A stretch of 64,000 bases of DNA from an uncultured Methanoregulaceae archaeon. GTDB lineage: Archaea > Halobacteriota > Methanomicrobia > Methanomicrobiales > Methanospirillaceae. This document shows, piece after piece, positions 21,858 to 31,394 of this stretch. How positions within the stretch are numbered: position 1 is the first letter of the stretch; each line of letters begins with the position of its first letter. The notes beneath the pieces are model-generated. The model saw nothing but the letters and a program-made list of their open reading frames with translations, did not search any database and was not told where the DNA came from. A program made the translations under genes and the position numbers. The stretch lies in the NCBI GenBank assembly GCA_963841015.1, contig CAWJAX010000005.1:256001-320000 (forward strand). The letters are read 5' to 3'.

Positions 21858-21879
21858 TTTCCACACGAAACCAAGGGGT
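21858..21879 (+). promoter_or_regulatory. ORB element 3 (perfect inverted copy of ORB 2)
   Basis: Plus strand reads TTTCCACACGAAACCAAGGGGT. Confidence 0.88.
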
Positions 21880-21982
21880 GGCTTCAGAACTTAAACCTCC
21901 AGATCTTACTATTGAAAAATAGTAATAGGTGTCAATCTCATCATCATACTATATTAATGGAAAAAATACTAATCAACATTAA

Positions 21983-22476
21983 ATGAACCCTAAACACATC
22001 CAGACAATACCTGTTCACGCAGCAATAATTACTGTTTCAAGTACGAGGACAAAGGAAAATGATACCAGTGGAAAGACTATCTGTGATATTTTAACATCGG
22101 CAAGAATTCAGATAGAGCACTATTCAATTGTAGGTGACCGGATAGAAGAAATCCGTTCAGAGATTTTTCTGGCATTGAAAAAATCCAACTGTGTAATTCT
22201 GAATGGCGGCACCGGTCTTACCCATGATGATTGCACAATAGAAGCTGTTTTACCGCTGCTCGATAAAAAAATCGATGGGTTCGGTGAGCTGTTCAGGATG
22301 AAAGCTATCAGGAAATTGGCACTTCTTCAATGCTCTCCCGAGCACTTGCTGGCACTTGTCATGGCAAGGCAATCTTTTGCATTCCTGGTTCAACCCCTGC
22401 CGTCACCCTTGGTACAAAGGAACTTATTGTTCCTGAGATCGCGCACATTCTATCGCATGCAAATAAGATTTCATAA
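21983..22476 (+). pseudogene. moaB: Molybdenum cofactor biosynthesis protein MoaB/MogA, frameshifted at the A run 22301-22303
   Basis: DTSG, GGTGLTHDDCTIEA and GFGELFR. Adding one A gives SYQEIGTSSMLSRALAG..IFCIPGS..PEIAHIL. Confidence 0.88.
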
Positions 22477-22609
22477 TATTTTTTCACTTCCCGTATAACA
22501 TCAGAAAAAAATTTTTCTTGCAATTGTGATAGATAGACTCTGAAATTATTTTTAATCAAGACCTGGCCTTTATGAATTATCACTGTCCTGATTTTTGTAA
22601 GGTTTACCA

Positions 22610-23131
22610 TTACCGGTTCACATGGAGGAGAGCGATGCGTTCAAGTATCAGGTCTTTTATTCGATCCTGACCTACCCCGCCAAGTTCTTCTTCTGTGATA
22701 CTGAACAGCATCATGAGCCTTGTTTCTTTGTCTGGCGTTATTTCATCCCAAGGTTCGGTGACAAAATACATATGATTTGAAAGATCCTTCCAGATATCCT
22801 CATTTGCCGGATAAGAACAGACGAACATTCTATTCTCTCCCTCTTGAATCCCGAATACTGCTGCAACCAGACACTGGCGGGATCCTGCCGCGAATAATAA
22901 TGCTTCCATCTCAAATGAGTTGGATATCGGTCTCTCTGAAAAAAATGAGCGATGAGCATGTTCTAGTGCAGCTTCAGCATGATCCCGCCCCGCCAGTTTG
23001 TCAGCATCAAAACAGACAATATGCGTGGAATAAGACCGTGCAATTGCCTGTATCATTTGAAGGAATCCATCACGGTTGTTAACGGTTACCTTTGCCTGCC
23101 GGATTTCGTGTGTTACTAAAGGTGGTTTCAT
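22610..23131 (-). CDS. cgi121: KEOPS complex subunit Cgi121
   Basis: H..AALEHA...NSFEMEALLFAAGSRQC...FGI and LERIALL; directly downstream of hel308. Confidence 0.88.
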   Translation of the reverse strand: MKPPLVTHEIRQAKVTVNNRDGFLQMIQAIARSYSTHIVCFDADKLAGRDHAEAALEHAHRSFFSERPISNSFEMEALLFAAGSRQCLVAAVFGIQEGENRMFVCSYPANEDIWKDLSNHMYFVTEPWDEITPDKETRLMMLFSITEEELGGVGQDRIKDLILERIALLHVNR

Positions 23132-23135
23132 ATAA

Positions 23136-25300
23136 TCACCCAAAACGATTGAGTGTTGACTGACCTGAAGATGAGTTCATATCCTCATCTTTCACAGGGA
23201 AAACACCCTTTTTTCGCAGAATCTGATCAAATATCTGCTCTGCCACACCCAGTCCCAGTAGTTTTGTCACCTCTTCAATTCCCCGCGTCAGTATCTCGTC
23301 CGGTGTTGTCATTCCGTTATTGAATAATCTTCTGGCACGGACCCTGCCGATCCCACGTAACCGGATAAGCGGCAGCAGTTCTCGCCGTGTGCCGTTTTTC
23401 ATACAAATTTCGTATTCCCTCACTTTCGGATGAAAAACCGATGCAAACATTCGCGTCAGCTCCGCGCTTGCGTGCAGAAGCCAGGTAACACTTTCCACCA
23501 TCCCATAAATATCACCTGGCCCAACAGAATATCGCTCACAGATTTTTGTGTCCGATAACTCATCTGTCCAGTCAGAAAGAAGCATCGCCGTTTTTAGCGC
23601 ACGGTAATAAGCCTCTGCAGCCTCTTCATCCTGGGGCAGCATGATCCAGAGATCTTCCCCATTATCCTCTATCATACGGGTTAGTGCTCCGATGTCAGTA
23701 TTCCGGACATAGAGTTTGGGCATATCCGGTGTACTGCAAATTACCTGAAGAAGACCCAGATCGGTATAAAATTCTTTCTCGCGCAGGGTACTGACAATCA
23801 TAGCAGCGCTCCGTGGATCGATATAGAGTTTTGAGACAAGCGTACCAAACTCAGTTGAACCAAGATGTTCTCCAACCTCTACTACCATATCTGAAGACAC
23901 GAGAAATGCCAGTGCAGCATTCACGGCACGCTGTATGAGGCGTCCCTGTCGGTTTTCGTGAACATAGAATGTCCGGTTCATAAACGAGGTGAGCTCGTCA
24001 CGGTTTTTAGCAAAACCGGATGCGATTAGGGAAAGTATATGGGTATAGAGTGCTGCAGGTTCAGCTATTTTAGAGTGCACGTCCTCTGGTGGAGCTTCGA
24101 TATACCATTCAAAGAGCTCCTCTACCTGCCCTTGATCTTTGGCAATGAGAACTGCCTCACCATAGGGATCGAGCCGTGGACGACCGGCTCTCCCTGCCAT
24201 CTGGTGATATTCGCTCGCCGGAATTGGCTGCATTCCCTCACCAGCAGTAAACCGATTGTAATCCCGGATAATCACACGCCGTGCAGGAAGGTTAAGTCCC
24301 GCAGCAAGTGTTGGGGTAGAAGAGATGCATTTGATCAGGCCCTTCCGGAACCCTTCTTCTACAACTGAACGCTCGGGCCGGCCCAATCCGGCATGGTGAA
24401 AGCTGCACCCCTTGCTACGCAGGAAGCAAGTGATTTTCCCATATCCGTCTCTGCACCCCTCTGGATCTTCTCGGCATATGCAACGAGTGCAGGATCTTCG
24501 CTTTTTATAGCCGCAGCAGCGCGTTTTGCAAACGCCTCAGCATTACGACGTGATGATACAAAGACAAGACATTGACCTCCTTCGGCTATTGTGTCAAGAC
24601 AGAGGTTGAGATCATCGTAATTCTTTGATACCGCTTTTATGGAGCGGGTATTGTCACGGAAATAAATGCAGTCATTGAAAAAGACCCCTTGTCTCAGGTC
24701 AACAGGGCGCCAGGTACTAGTCACAAGTTCCGCATCGAGCCAGCTGGCAAGTTTATCAGGATTTCCAATAGTTGCAGAAAGTCCGATAATCTGCAGCGCG
24801 GGATTCCGGAACCGCATCTTGGCAATCACCATCTCAAGTGTCGGGCCCCGTCCCAGCGAGTCAATCATGTGAACTTCATCGACGACCAGAAGGGTGATAT
24901 CTGCAATCCATTGTGCATTGTTGCGCAGGAGTGAATCCACTTTTTCACTGGTTGCAACTATGATATCATTTCTTGCCAACATATCGTCGCGACGGTCAAA
25001 ATCACCGGTCGCGATACCAACCCTCACCCCTTTATTGCCAAACTCCTCAAACTTTTCACTTGCAAGTGCTTTGAGGGGAACGATATAGAGGCATTTCCCC
25101 CCGTTTGCGATCGCGTGGTGCATAGCCATTTCGGCAACCAGGGTCTTTCCGCTTGCCGTAGGGATGGCAACGAGCGCATTTTTCCCAGTAAGGATACCTT
25201 TCTCCACGCATTCGGCCTGCGGGGGGTAAAGCTCTGAAATGCCAGACCTGGTATACCTCTGCTTGAGATTAGTTGGGATTGCAAGGTCCTGAATTTGCAT
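23136..25300 (-). pseudogene. hel308: Ski2-like helicase Hel308/Hjm, frameshifted at 24399-24401 (probably a sequencing error)
   Basis: PTASGKT, DEVH and SAT in the first ORF. Adding one T restores AFHHAGL, continuing to [21 protein letters not shown] and HhH (GIGRVRAR). Confidence 0.92.
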
Positions 25301-25458
25301 TTTTTATCCTTTTAATAAACCTTTAATATTCCATCAAATTGGTACGAATCACAACTTTTTTTTAAAAATAAATTATGTTTGAATCACCGGTAATTTCCAA
25401 GCGAAAGATAGCCATTTCATCTATAAGCATTGGGAATGATTGAGGGGATTTTGAGGAA

Positions 25459-26004
25459 TCAGTAATAATAACTAATCATATCCTGCTTTGCCTCTTTCTT
25501 TTTCTTATCCAGGAATGCAAAGACATTTTCATGGGGTACTCCCTCTATCAGCATATCTATCGCAGCGCGTGCTGTTTTGAGCTGCTCCGGATAACCGATC
25601 AAGGCAATCGTCTTTCCAAAGACAGAAATCTCGACATCCGTCATATCCTCAATCTGCTCACGGGCACGACCATCTTTTCCTATTATCCTGCCTCTGAGCC
25701 GATCAAGCTGTCTTGGACCTTCTGCCATACCGGAGAGATCGATAACATCGAGGAGCAGATCTTCATCCTCAATCATTTCAAAGGCACGTTCCGGTGAGAA
25801 TCCACGGTTAATAGCGTTGACAATCTCAACGGCCCGCAGCAGCGATATTGTGTGCTCCTCAGAACTCTCAACCTTTACGAGACCTTCTTTACTGTCAACG
25901 GTAATCGTTGTGTGGGTCTTTACTTCAAGTTCTTTTTTTGTTGCACCGCCTTTTCCTATCAGAACACCCACCCTGCTTCCGGCGATTTTTACTTCCTGCA
26001 TCAT
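25459..26004 (-). CDS. KH-domain ribosome biogenesis protein (Pno1/Dim2/Krr1 family)
   Basis: Two KH GxxG loops (LIGKGG, IIGKDG) and RGFSPE; adjacent to rio1. Confidence 0.92.
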   Translation of the reverse strand: MMQEVKIAGSRVGVLIGKGGATKKELEVKTHTTITVDSKEGLVKVESSEEHTISLLRAVEIVNAINRGFSPERAFEMIEDEDLLLDVIDLSGMAEGPRQLDRLRGRIIGKDGRAREQIEDMTDVEISVFGKTIALIGYPEQLKTARAAIDMLIEGVPHENVFAFLDKKKKEAKQDMISYYY

Positions 26005-26086
26005 TTTTTTCCACCTCTAAATTTTGGATGTTATTATCATCATCATTCCACTTTTCCTATAACTATCATAACGGGGTCAGCGGTCA

Positions 26087-26863
26087 TCATGGTTCAGTGG
26101 TATCAAGCCCGGTTACTGCATTGAAAATTTCGACATCATTACGCACATCGCATCGGTTTTTAAAAAACCTGTTGATATTACGGATATCCCTCATCAGAAA
26201 CTGGTAAGCACGGGGGTGATCTCGGGTTACTGACTGACCCATATCAATGAGATATGGTTGGTCACCGTACAATATATTGAACTCGCTCAGGTCCCCATGG
26301 ACGAGTTCAGCTTTGTTGTAAAGGGTATCGATATATTTCATGATGGTTGAATAGATTCGGGCAGGGTTATCGATATCAGCATTTTTTAGCTGTGGGTATG
26401 GGATCTCTTCCATTCCTAAATAGGACATAATAAGGATATTTCTGTCCCATACAAGGGGCTCGGGAACGGGAATACCCGCCCCCCTGGCTCGTACAAGATT
26501 GGAGAACTCCTTTCTTGTCCAGGCAAATACCAGCTCTTTCCGGGATTTTTTCACACGGGAAAATCTTCGGTCACCAACTATATAGGAGCTCATGGTGGTA
26601 AAATTTGCCGTGCGGATGCGGTAGATCTTAATGGCAATCGCTGTTCCATCACGTTCACCATAAAACACATTCGCTTCTTTGCCGGTGCTAATTGATCCAC
26701 CAATTACTGAGAGCCATTTTTTATGGACAAGCTTGTAAAGTGCAAGGAGGGTAACCTCATCAAAAACATCTTCGGAAACCTTAAACTGGTTGGCATCTTT
26801 AATACGCACACCCATCTCTTCAAGTTTCTTATCAAATTGATCCATTCGTTTCTCTAAACTCAC
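26087..26863 (-). CDS. rio1: RIO1 atypical serine kinase
   Basis: STGKEANV, AIKIYR, LVHGDLSEFNIL and IDMGQSV. Confidence 0.95.
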   Translation of the reverse strand: MSLEKRMDQFDKKLEEMGVRIKDANQFKVSEDVFDEVTLLALYKLVHKKWLSVIGGSISTGKEANVFYGERDGTAIAIKIYRIRTANFTTMSSYIVGDRRFSRVKKSRKELVFAWTRKEFSNLVRARGAGIPVPEPLVWDRNILIMSYLGMEEIPYPQLKNADIDNPARIYSTIMKYIDTLYNKAELVHGDLSEFNILYGDQPYLIDMGQSVTRDHPRAYQFLMRDIRNINRFFKNRCDVRNDVEIFNAVTGLDTTEP

Positions 26864-26899
26864 AGAGAACCCCCGACAACCTTAAGGTATTTTTCCAAC

Positions 26900-27841
26900 T
26901 CAACGAATATATTCCCGCACAGGCTCCAGTATCTCAACAAGCGACTCACCACAGGATTTCTTGAGGTCAAGCGGATGAATTTCACCTTTGTCGTAGGATG
27001 CCTCAATCTCCCGGTAGTTCGTAAAAGTTCGGTCGCCACCGAATTTTTCCGGCCTTTTGATGGTAACCTCAGAAAGACGGGAAAATATATGAAACTGGAA
27101 TATCTGAAGAATTGGATTTTCCGGAATTTCAGGAGGACAAAACGCCTTTTGGCACTTTTTGCGAATTTCTTCTTCCGAGTCAGCAATCGATATATAATTT
27201 CCCTGCGAAGATGACATCTTTTTTCCATCAAGGCCATTAAGAATCGGTGTATGGATACAAACCGGAGCTTTATATCCGAAGTTGATCAGGTGTTCACGAG
27301 CCAGCATATGAATCTTCCTCTGATCAATACCCCCAACAGCAGCATCCACTCCAAGCATGGCGATATCTGCCATCTGCATGATCGGGTAAACCATCTGAGA
27401 AACTGTTGGATGATCCATCTGCCTCCCTACTTCATCCATACTTCGTGTTGCCCGGTTCAGGGTAATCTGTTGGGATAGCTGGAGTACAAGCAGTTCGTAA
27501 TCCCTATTCAGCTGAAGATCGGATCCAAGCACATATTTCACGTTTTTCAAGCCAAGCCCTTCAAAACAACGTTTATTATATTCCGCCAGTTCTCCTACCT
27601 TCTCCATCGTTCCTTTGCGGTTAAGGAACGCATGGAGATCGGCCAGCAGGACGGTGACTTCAAAACCGGCAGCCTGGAGATCCACAAGTTTGTTTATGGT
27701 AACGAGATGGCCGAGATGTATCTCACCACTTGGCTCGTACCCTGCATAGACTTTTTTTTGTGTTTGGCCGAGAAGTGAGCGGAGCTCGTCTTCTGTGACA
27801 ATTTCAACAGTATTTCGGGTTACCCGCTCGTGCGTATCCAT
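26900..27841 (-). CDS. tyrS: Tyrosine--tRNA ligase
   Basis: YAGYEPSGEIHLGH, YPIMQ, GGIDQRKIH and KMSSS. Confidence 0.97.
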   Translation of the reverse strand: MDTHERVTRNTVEIVTEDELRSLLGQTQKKVYAGYEPSGEIHLGHLVTINKLVDLQAAGFEVTVLLADLHAFLNRKGTMEKVGELAEYNKRCFEGLGLKNVKYVLGSDLQLNRDYELLVLQLSQQITLNRATRSMDEVGRQMDHPTVSQMVYPIMQMADIAMLGVDAAVGGIDQRKIHMLAREHLINFGYKAPVCIHTPILNGLDGKKMSSSQGNYISIADSEEEIRKKCQKAFCPPEIPENPILQIFQFHIFSRLSEVTIKRPEKFGGDRTFTNYREIEASYDKGEIHPLDLKKSCGESLVEILEPVREYIR

Positions 27842-27866
27842 TAAAAATAATGGGTTATGATGGGTG

Positions 27867-28898
27867 TTAATGGTTATTCTGGATGAGGTTTAATCCCATA
27901 GCCCCGTTGGTAGCCAATATCGATTTTGTTGCGTCCTTCTCGAGTCCGACCATTGCCCGAATAGCATCGATATTTTCGACAACTACATCAGCTTCCTGGT
28001 GAATTGCCTGGAAAAAGCAGAGCTCGTTTTTATTGGCGTAGATGGACTCTTCGAAGATGCAGTTCTCCCACAGGTCAGACCGCTGCCTGCCGAGATCCAT
28101 GGCAAACTCCTTGAGTTCGGCAGTGCTTTTAATTCCCAATGTCTTTTTGATAAGCCCCAGGCGGGGATGATTTTTGATGAGATTAATTACGCTGTCACGG
28201 CTGACTGGTTTTTTGGTAGTAATCTGGATTGCATGCATGTGCATCATGGTTGTGGGTACAATCATCGCCATTGTTGTGATAGAGATGTGAGGAAGTACTG
28301 TCAGGACGTCCGGGCCGTGGTGACTGGGTACACTCACAGGATCGAGGACCACTGCATCTATCGGTCCTTTTTTGATCTCCCCTGGATCGGATCCACGCCT
28401 TACCATAATTGCATGGACATGCGCAACTCCGTACTCTTTATCTATTTCATGTATGATACGGCAGAGGCCGGTTGTGTTACAGGAAACCACTCGTACAAAC
28501 TGCCTGCCAATTGCATCCCTGTAATTGCATGACGAGTTAAAGGAGAACCCGGCGATCTCATGATCTTCGCCTCCCTGCCAGAGTGCCTTTTTCCCGAGTT
28601 TCTCGTAAAGCGGTTTATTCGTTGCTCCGACATCCCCCGGTGTTGCATCCACAATAACATCGGCAGCTTTACACATGTCTTCGACTGATCCAAGGACGCT
28701 AAGCCCGGCTTTCTCGAATGCTGCCTTTTTTGATAAGTCCGCAATATAGAGGGGGTATCCTCGTTGTTTTGCAACAAAAGCTTCTGCGTTCGGTCGGGTC
28801 TTGGATACTCCGATCACTTTCATGTCCTTCTGGGCGGCAACTGCATCAGCAACACGTTTGCCGATTGTGCCGTAACCATTGATGGCAACCTTGATCAT
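27867..28898 (-). CDS. gap: Archaeal type II glyceraldehyde-3-phosphate dehydrogenase
   Basis: NGYGTIGKRVADAV, VVSCNTTG, SHHGPDV and HQEADV. Confidence 0.97.
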   Translation of the reverse strand: MIKVAINGYGTIGKRVADAVAAQKDMKVIGVSKTRPNAEAFVAKQRGYPLYIADLSKKAAFEKAGLSVLGSVEDMCKAADVIVDATPGDVGATNKPLYEKLGKKALWQGGEDHEIAGFSFNSSCNYRDAIGRQFVRVVSCNTTGLCRIIHEIDKEYGVAHVHAIMVRRGSDPGEIKKGPIDAVVLDPVSVPSHHGPDVLTVLPHISITTMAMIVPTTMMHMHAIQITTKKPVSRDSVINLIKNHPRLGLIKKTLGIKSTAELKEFAMDLGRQRSDLWENCIFEESIYANKNELCFFQAIHQEADVVVENIDAIRAMVGLEKDATKSILATNGAMGLNLIQNNH

Positions 28899-28956
28899 AA
28901 TCGTACATGGTGGTAGTATACAAAAAAGCTATTGGGAAAAAAAATCAGTATTTCCT

Positions 28957-30711
28957 TCACTCCAACCGTAAAATTTCCGGATAGAATGATTTTATTAAAT
29001 GTTCAATCTGTAAAAACGCTGTTTTATGATCGATAAACATTCTGAACGATTCACCCGTTTTGTTATACAGTGTCAGGAAACCTGGCAGCAGAACCGGATT
29101 CATCAATTCTATCGTTACCAGATCTTGTTTTTCAATCTCGTAGACCAATAATTTTTCAATTGTTTCGATAGTTTTTGGGCGATTATCAATGGTTGCTCTG
29201 GTACCAAAAAGGTCGTCCAGAACATAGGGTCCATACTGCATTCCCTTTGGTTTTGAAAGATCAAAATCGGGATTCTGAATAACAAATAACCGCCGGTTTG
29301 TTGCATAAATACCATAACCCCTGGGTGGTGAAGGGATGAGACCCGCAAGCGTTCCACTCGCACTCCCTCCGGCGACTTTGAGTGTAGGACTTGATATACC
29401 CCCGATATATATCTCCTTTTCTGAATATCCTGATGTTTGAGCTGCCTGCTGTTGCTCGACGACGGTAATTGTCTCGATTGCCGCAATCAACACACCTTTG
29501 CCATCGTGAACGGCGGTTCCTTTACCCCATAAAAACATCGGTTTTTCACGAATTTTGACTTTTTCCATTTCACCGATGAATGTGTTCCCCATTCGTTTTA
29601 TGCCTGGGAATTTTCCGGATTGTCTTTTATCTGTTGATATTACGATGTAATCAACCAGCATTGGTCGAGGTTCACCAAAGAATGGAATGGCATATTCACG
29701 ATTTCCTTTACCAATCATTTCTGTTGACTGAACCCCGGTCAACTCTTCCATGGCTTTATTCCAGATAATTACGACTCCGGTTTTGTCTATAGCGAATACC
29801 GGGTTCTCAAGCGTATCAATGGTTTTTGTAAATGTTTTCCACTCATCCTCAGATTCCGTACCAAAGGCAGTTGTTTGCATGGTGGAGACCACATCTTTTA
29901 CATTTTTTGAAGATTGGGTTTTATGCATCTGTTCCGGTTCGGAAACTAACCTGCCTGCTGTTTGATACTCAATGATTTCTCCATCAGTATTGAAAATTGC
30001 ACGATAATTCCATTGGACCCGGGGAGATGATCCATCCACTTTTTTAATGGCATGTTCGATGAGGATTTCGGGATTTAACGGTGATAGATTGTGTAACTGT
30101 CCTACAATTTTTTCGCGCTCATCTTCCGGTAGGAGTAACATAAAATTGTTGCCTGCAGGATCCCGATTTCCGTTCCCGATAAAATTCGTAAACGATTCAT
30201 TTCCAAAACGAATTTCTCCCTCCGGCAGGAAACGGCAAAGAAGATCGGAATTGTGTTCAATTATTGAACGATACAGACTCGCACTCTCAAGCAATGCCCG
30301 GTCAGCCCGGATTTTTCCGACACCCGCCCTTATAAAGTCAACCAGTGCCTCCATATCATTTACAATCCCACCTCCTTTTTGAATGTAATAATCCGCACCA
30401 TTATTTAACGCATCGATGGCAACATGGGCTCGATGTTTCCCGGTAATGATAATAAATAGACCGGAAAATCCCCTGCCCCGTGTTTCCCTGAGTAAATTAA
30501 TCCCGTCCATATCAGGAAGGCCAAAATCCGCGATGACGGTATCAAACTGCTGGGTTTTTAACAGCTCCAATGCATCTGTCGCATTTGAACATGCTTTAAC
30601 TGAAAACCCGGGCTCCCGTTTAAAAAAATCCTCAAAAATCTCCAGTACAAATGGTTCATCATCCACGCACAAAATTGAAATTACCCCATTTTCGGTCAAT
30701 GTAATTAACAC
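28957..30711 (-). CDS. Response regulator receiver + two PAS domains + unknown C-terminal domain
   Basis: VDDE..D(FGLPDMDG)..K receiver motifs and two PAS-like segments; no HisKA/HATPase boxes. Confidence 0.85.
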   Translation of the reverse strand: MLITLTENGVISILCVDDEPFVLEIFEDFFKREPGFSVKACSNATDALELLKTQQFDTVIADFGLPDMDGINLLRETRGRGFSGLFIIITGKHRAHVAIDALNNGADYYIQKGGGIVNDMEALVDFIRAGVGKIRADRALLESASLYRSIIEHNSDLLCRFLPEGEIRFGNESFTNFIGNGNRDPAGNNFMLLLPEDEREKIVGQLHNLSPLNPEILIEHAIKKVDGSSPRVQWNYRAIFNTDGEIIEYQTAGRLVSEPEQMHKTQSSKNVKDVVSTMQTTAFGTESEDEWKTFTKTIDTLENPVFAIDKTGVVIIWNKAMEELTGVQSTEMIGKGNREYAIPFFGEPRPMLVDYIVISTDKRQSGKFPGIKRMGNTFIGEMEKVKIREKPMFLWGKGTAVHDGKGVLIAAIETITVVEQQQAAQTSGYSEKEIYIGGISSPTLKVAGGSASGTLAGLIPSPPRGYGIYATNRRLFVIQNPDFDLSKPKGMQYGPYVLDDLFGTRATIDNRPKTIETIEKLLVYEIEKQDLVTIELMNPVLLPGFLTLYNKTGESFRMFIDHKTAFLQIEHLIKSFYPEILRLE

Positions 30712-30872
30712 CCCTTTTAGAATGAACCAGATTCGTTTTCCTATTGTTACTTTATTACAGGTAATCTATAATATTTTAGCCTCTTAATTTTTTTACCGGA
30801 TTGGATGAAAAGCAAAATTTCTGACTTTTTTTTAAAAAAGACCTGAAAAATACGATGATTTTAAACAAAAAT

Positions 30873-31364
30873 CTAAATATAGAGTTCCTGGATTTTTATT
30901 ACTTCAATACTATCCTTTGCGTTTGTGTACAGATCAAGCGGTTCTTTGTTTACTTCTAAAAAGCGGATACCCCAACTGACTTTCGAAAGGAGTTCAGTCG
31001 CCCTATCCTTTTCACCAATAATATATAATGCAGCAGCTAGTGCCTCAACAGATGAAAGAACACAGGGTTTGCCAAAATTTACAGGATTTGCTGCAATTAA
31101 AAAGGGAAGCGCCCGTCGTATTCGCCAGGAACGTACTTTCCCCGTATCTAGCACTACCCATGAGCAATCAAGTACAGTTATTGATTTAACGTACTTATCT
31201 GCCGGTGAAAGTGCCTGCTCTGCAGTGGGATCAAGGAGTAATGTATTTCGTGGTATTTGGGAAATTTTGTTGAATATTTTTAAAAAGCCAGCTTTTTCAA
31301 GTTTTTTTACTGTACACTTCCTGGGGTCGCAACTATTATCCCGGTATGCATACAGTGGCATCAT
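30873..31364 (-). CDS. tsr3: rRNA aminocarboxypropyltransferase Tsr3 (DUF367)
   Basis: CDPRKCT, LSPAD, LDCSW and RALPFLIAANPVNFGKP..LSSVEA. Confidence 0.95.
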   Translation of the reverse strand: MMPLYAYRDNSCDPRKCTVKKLEKAGFLKIFNKISQIPRNTLLLDPTAEQALSPADKYVKSITVLDCSWVVLDTGKVRSWRIRRALPFLIAANPVNFGKPCVLSSVEALAAALYIIGEKDRATELLSKVSWGIRFLEVNKEPLDLYTNAKDSIEVIKIQELYI

Positions 31365-31394
31365 TGATCATCTGTGCGTGCACACACAGTATCA

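Larger units (their letters stand above)
21421..21982. other. Probable chromosomal replication origin (oriC)
   Basis: AT-rich intergenic region next to cdc6 with three ORB boxes, two of them inverted around an AT-rich spacer. Confidence 0.88.
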
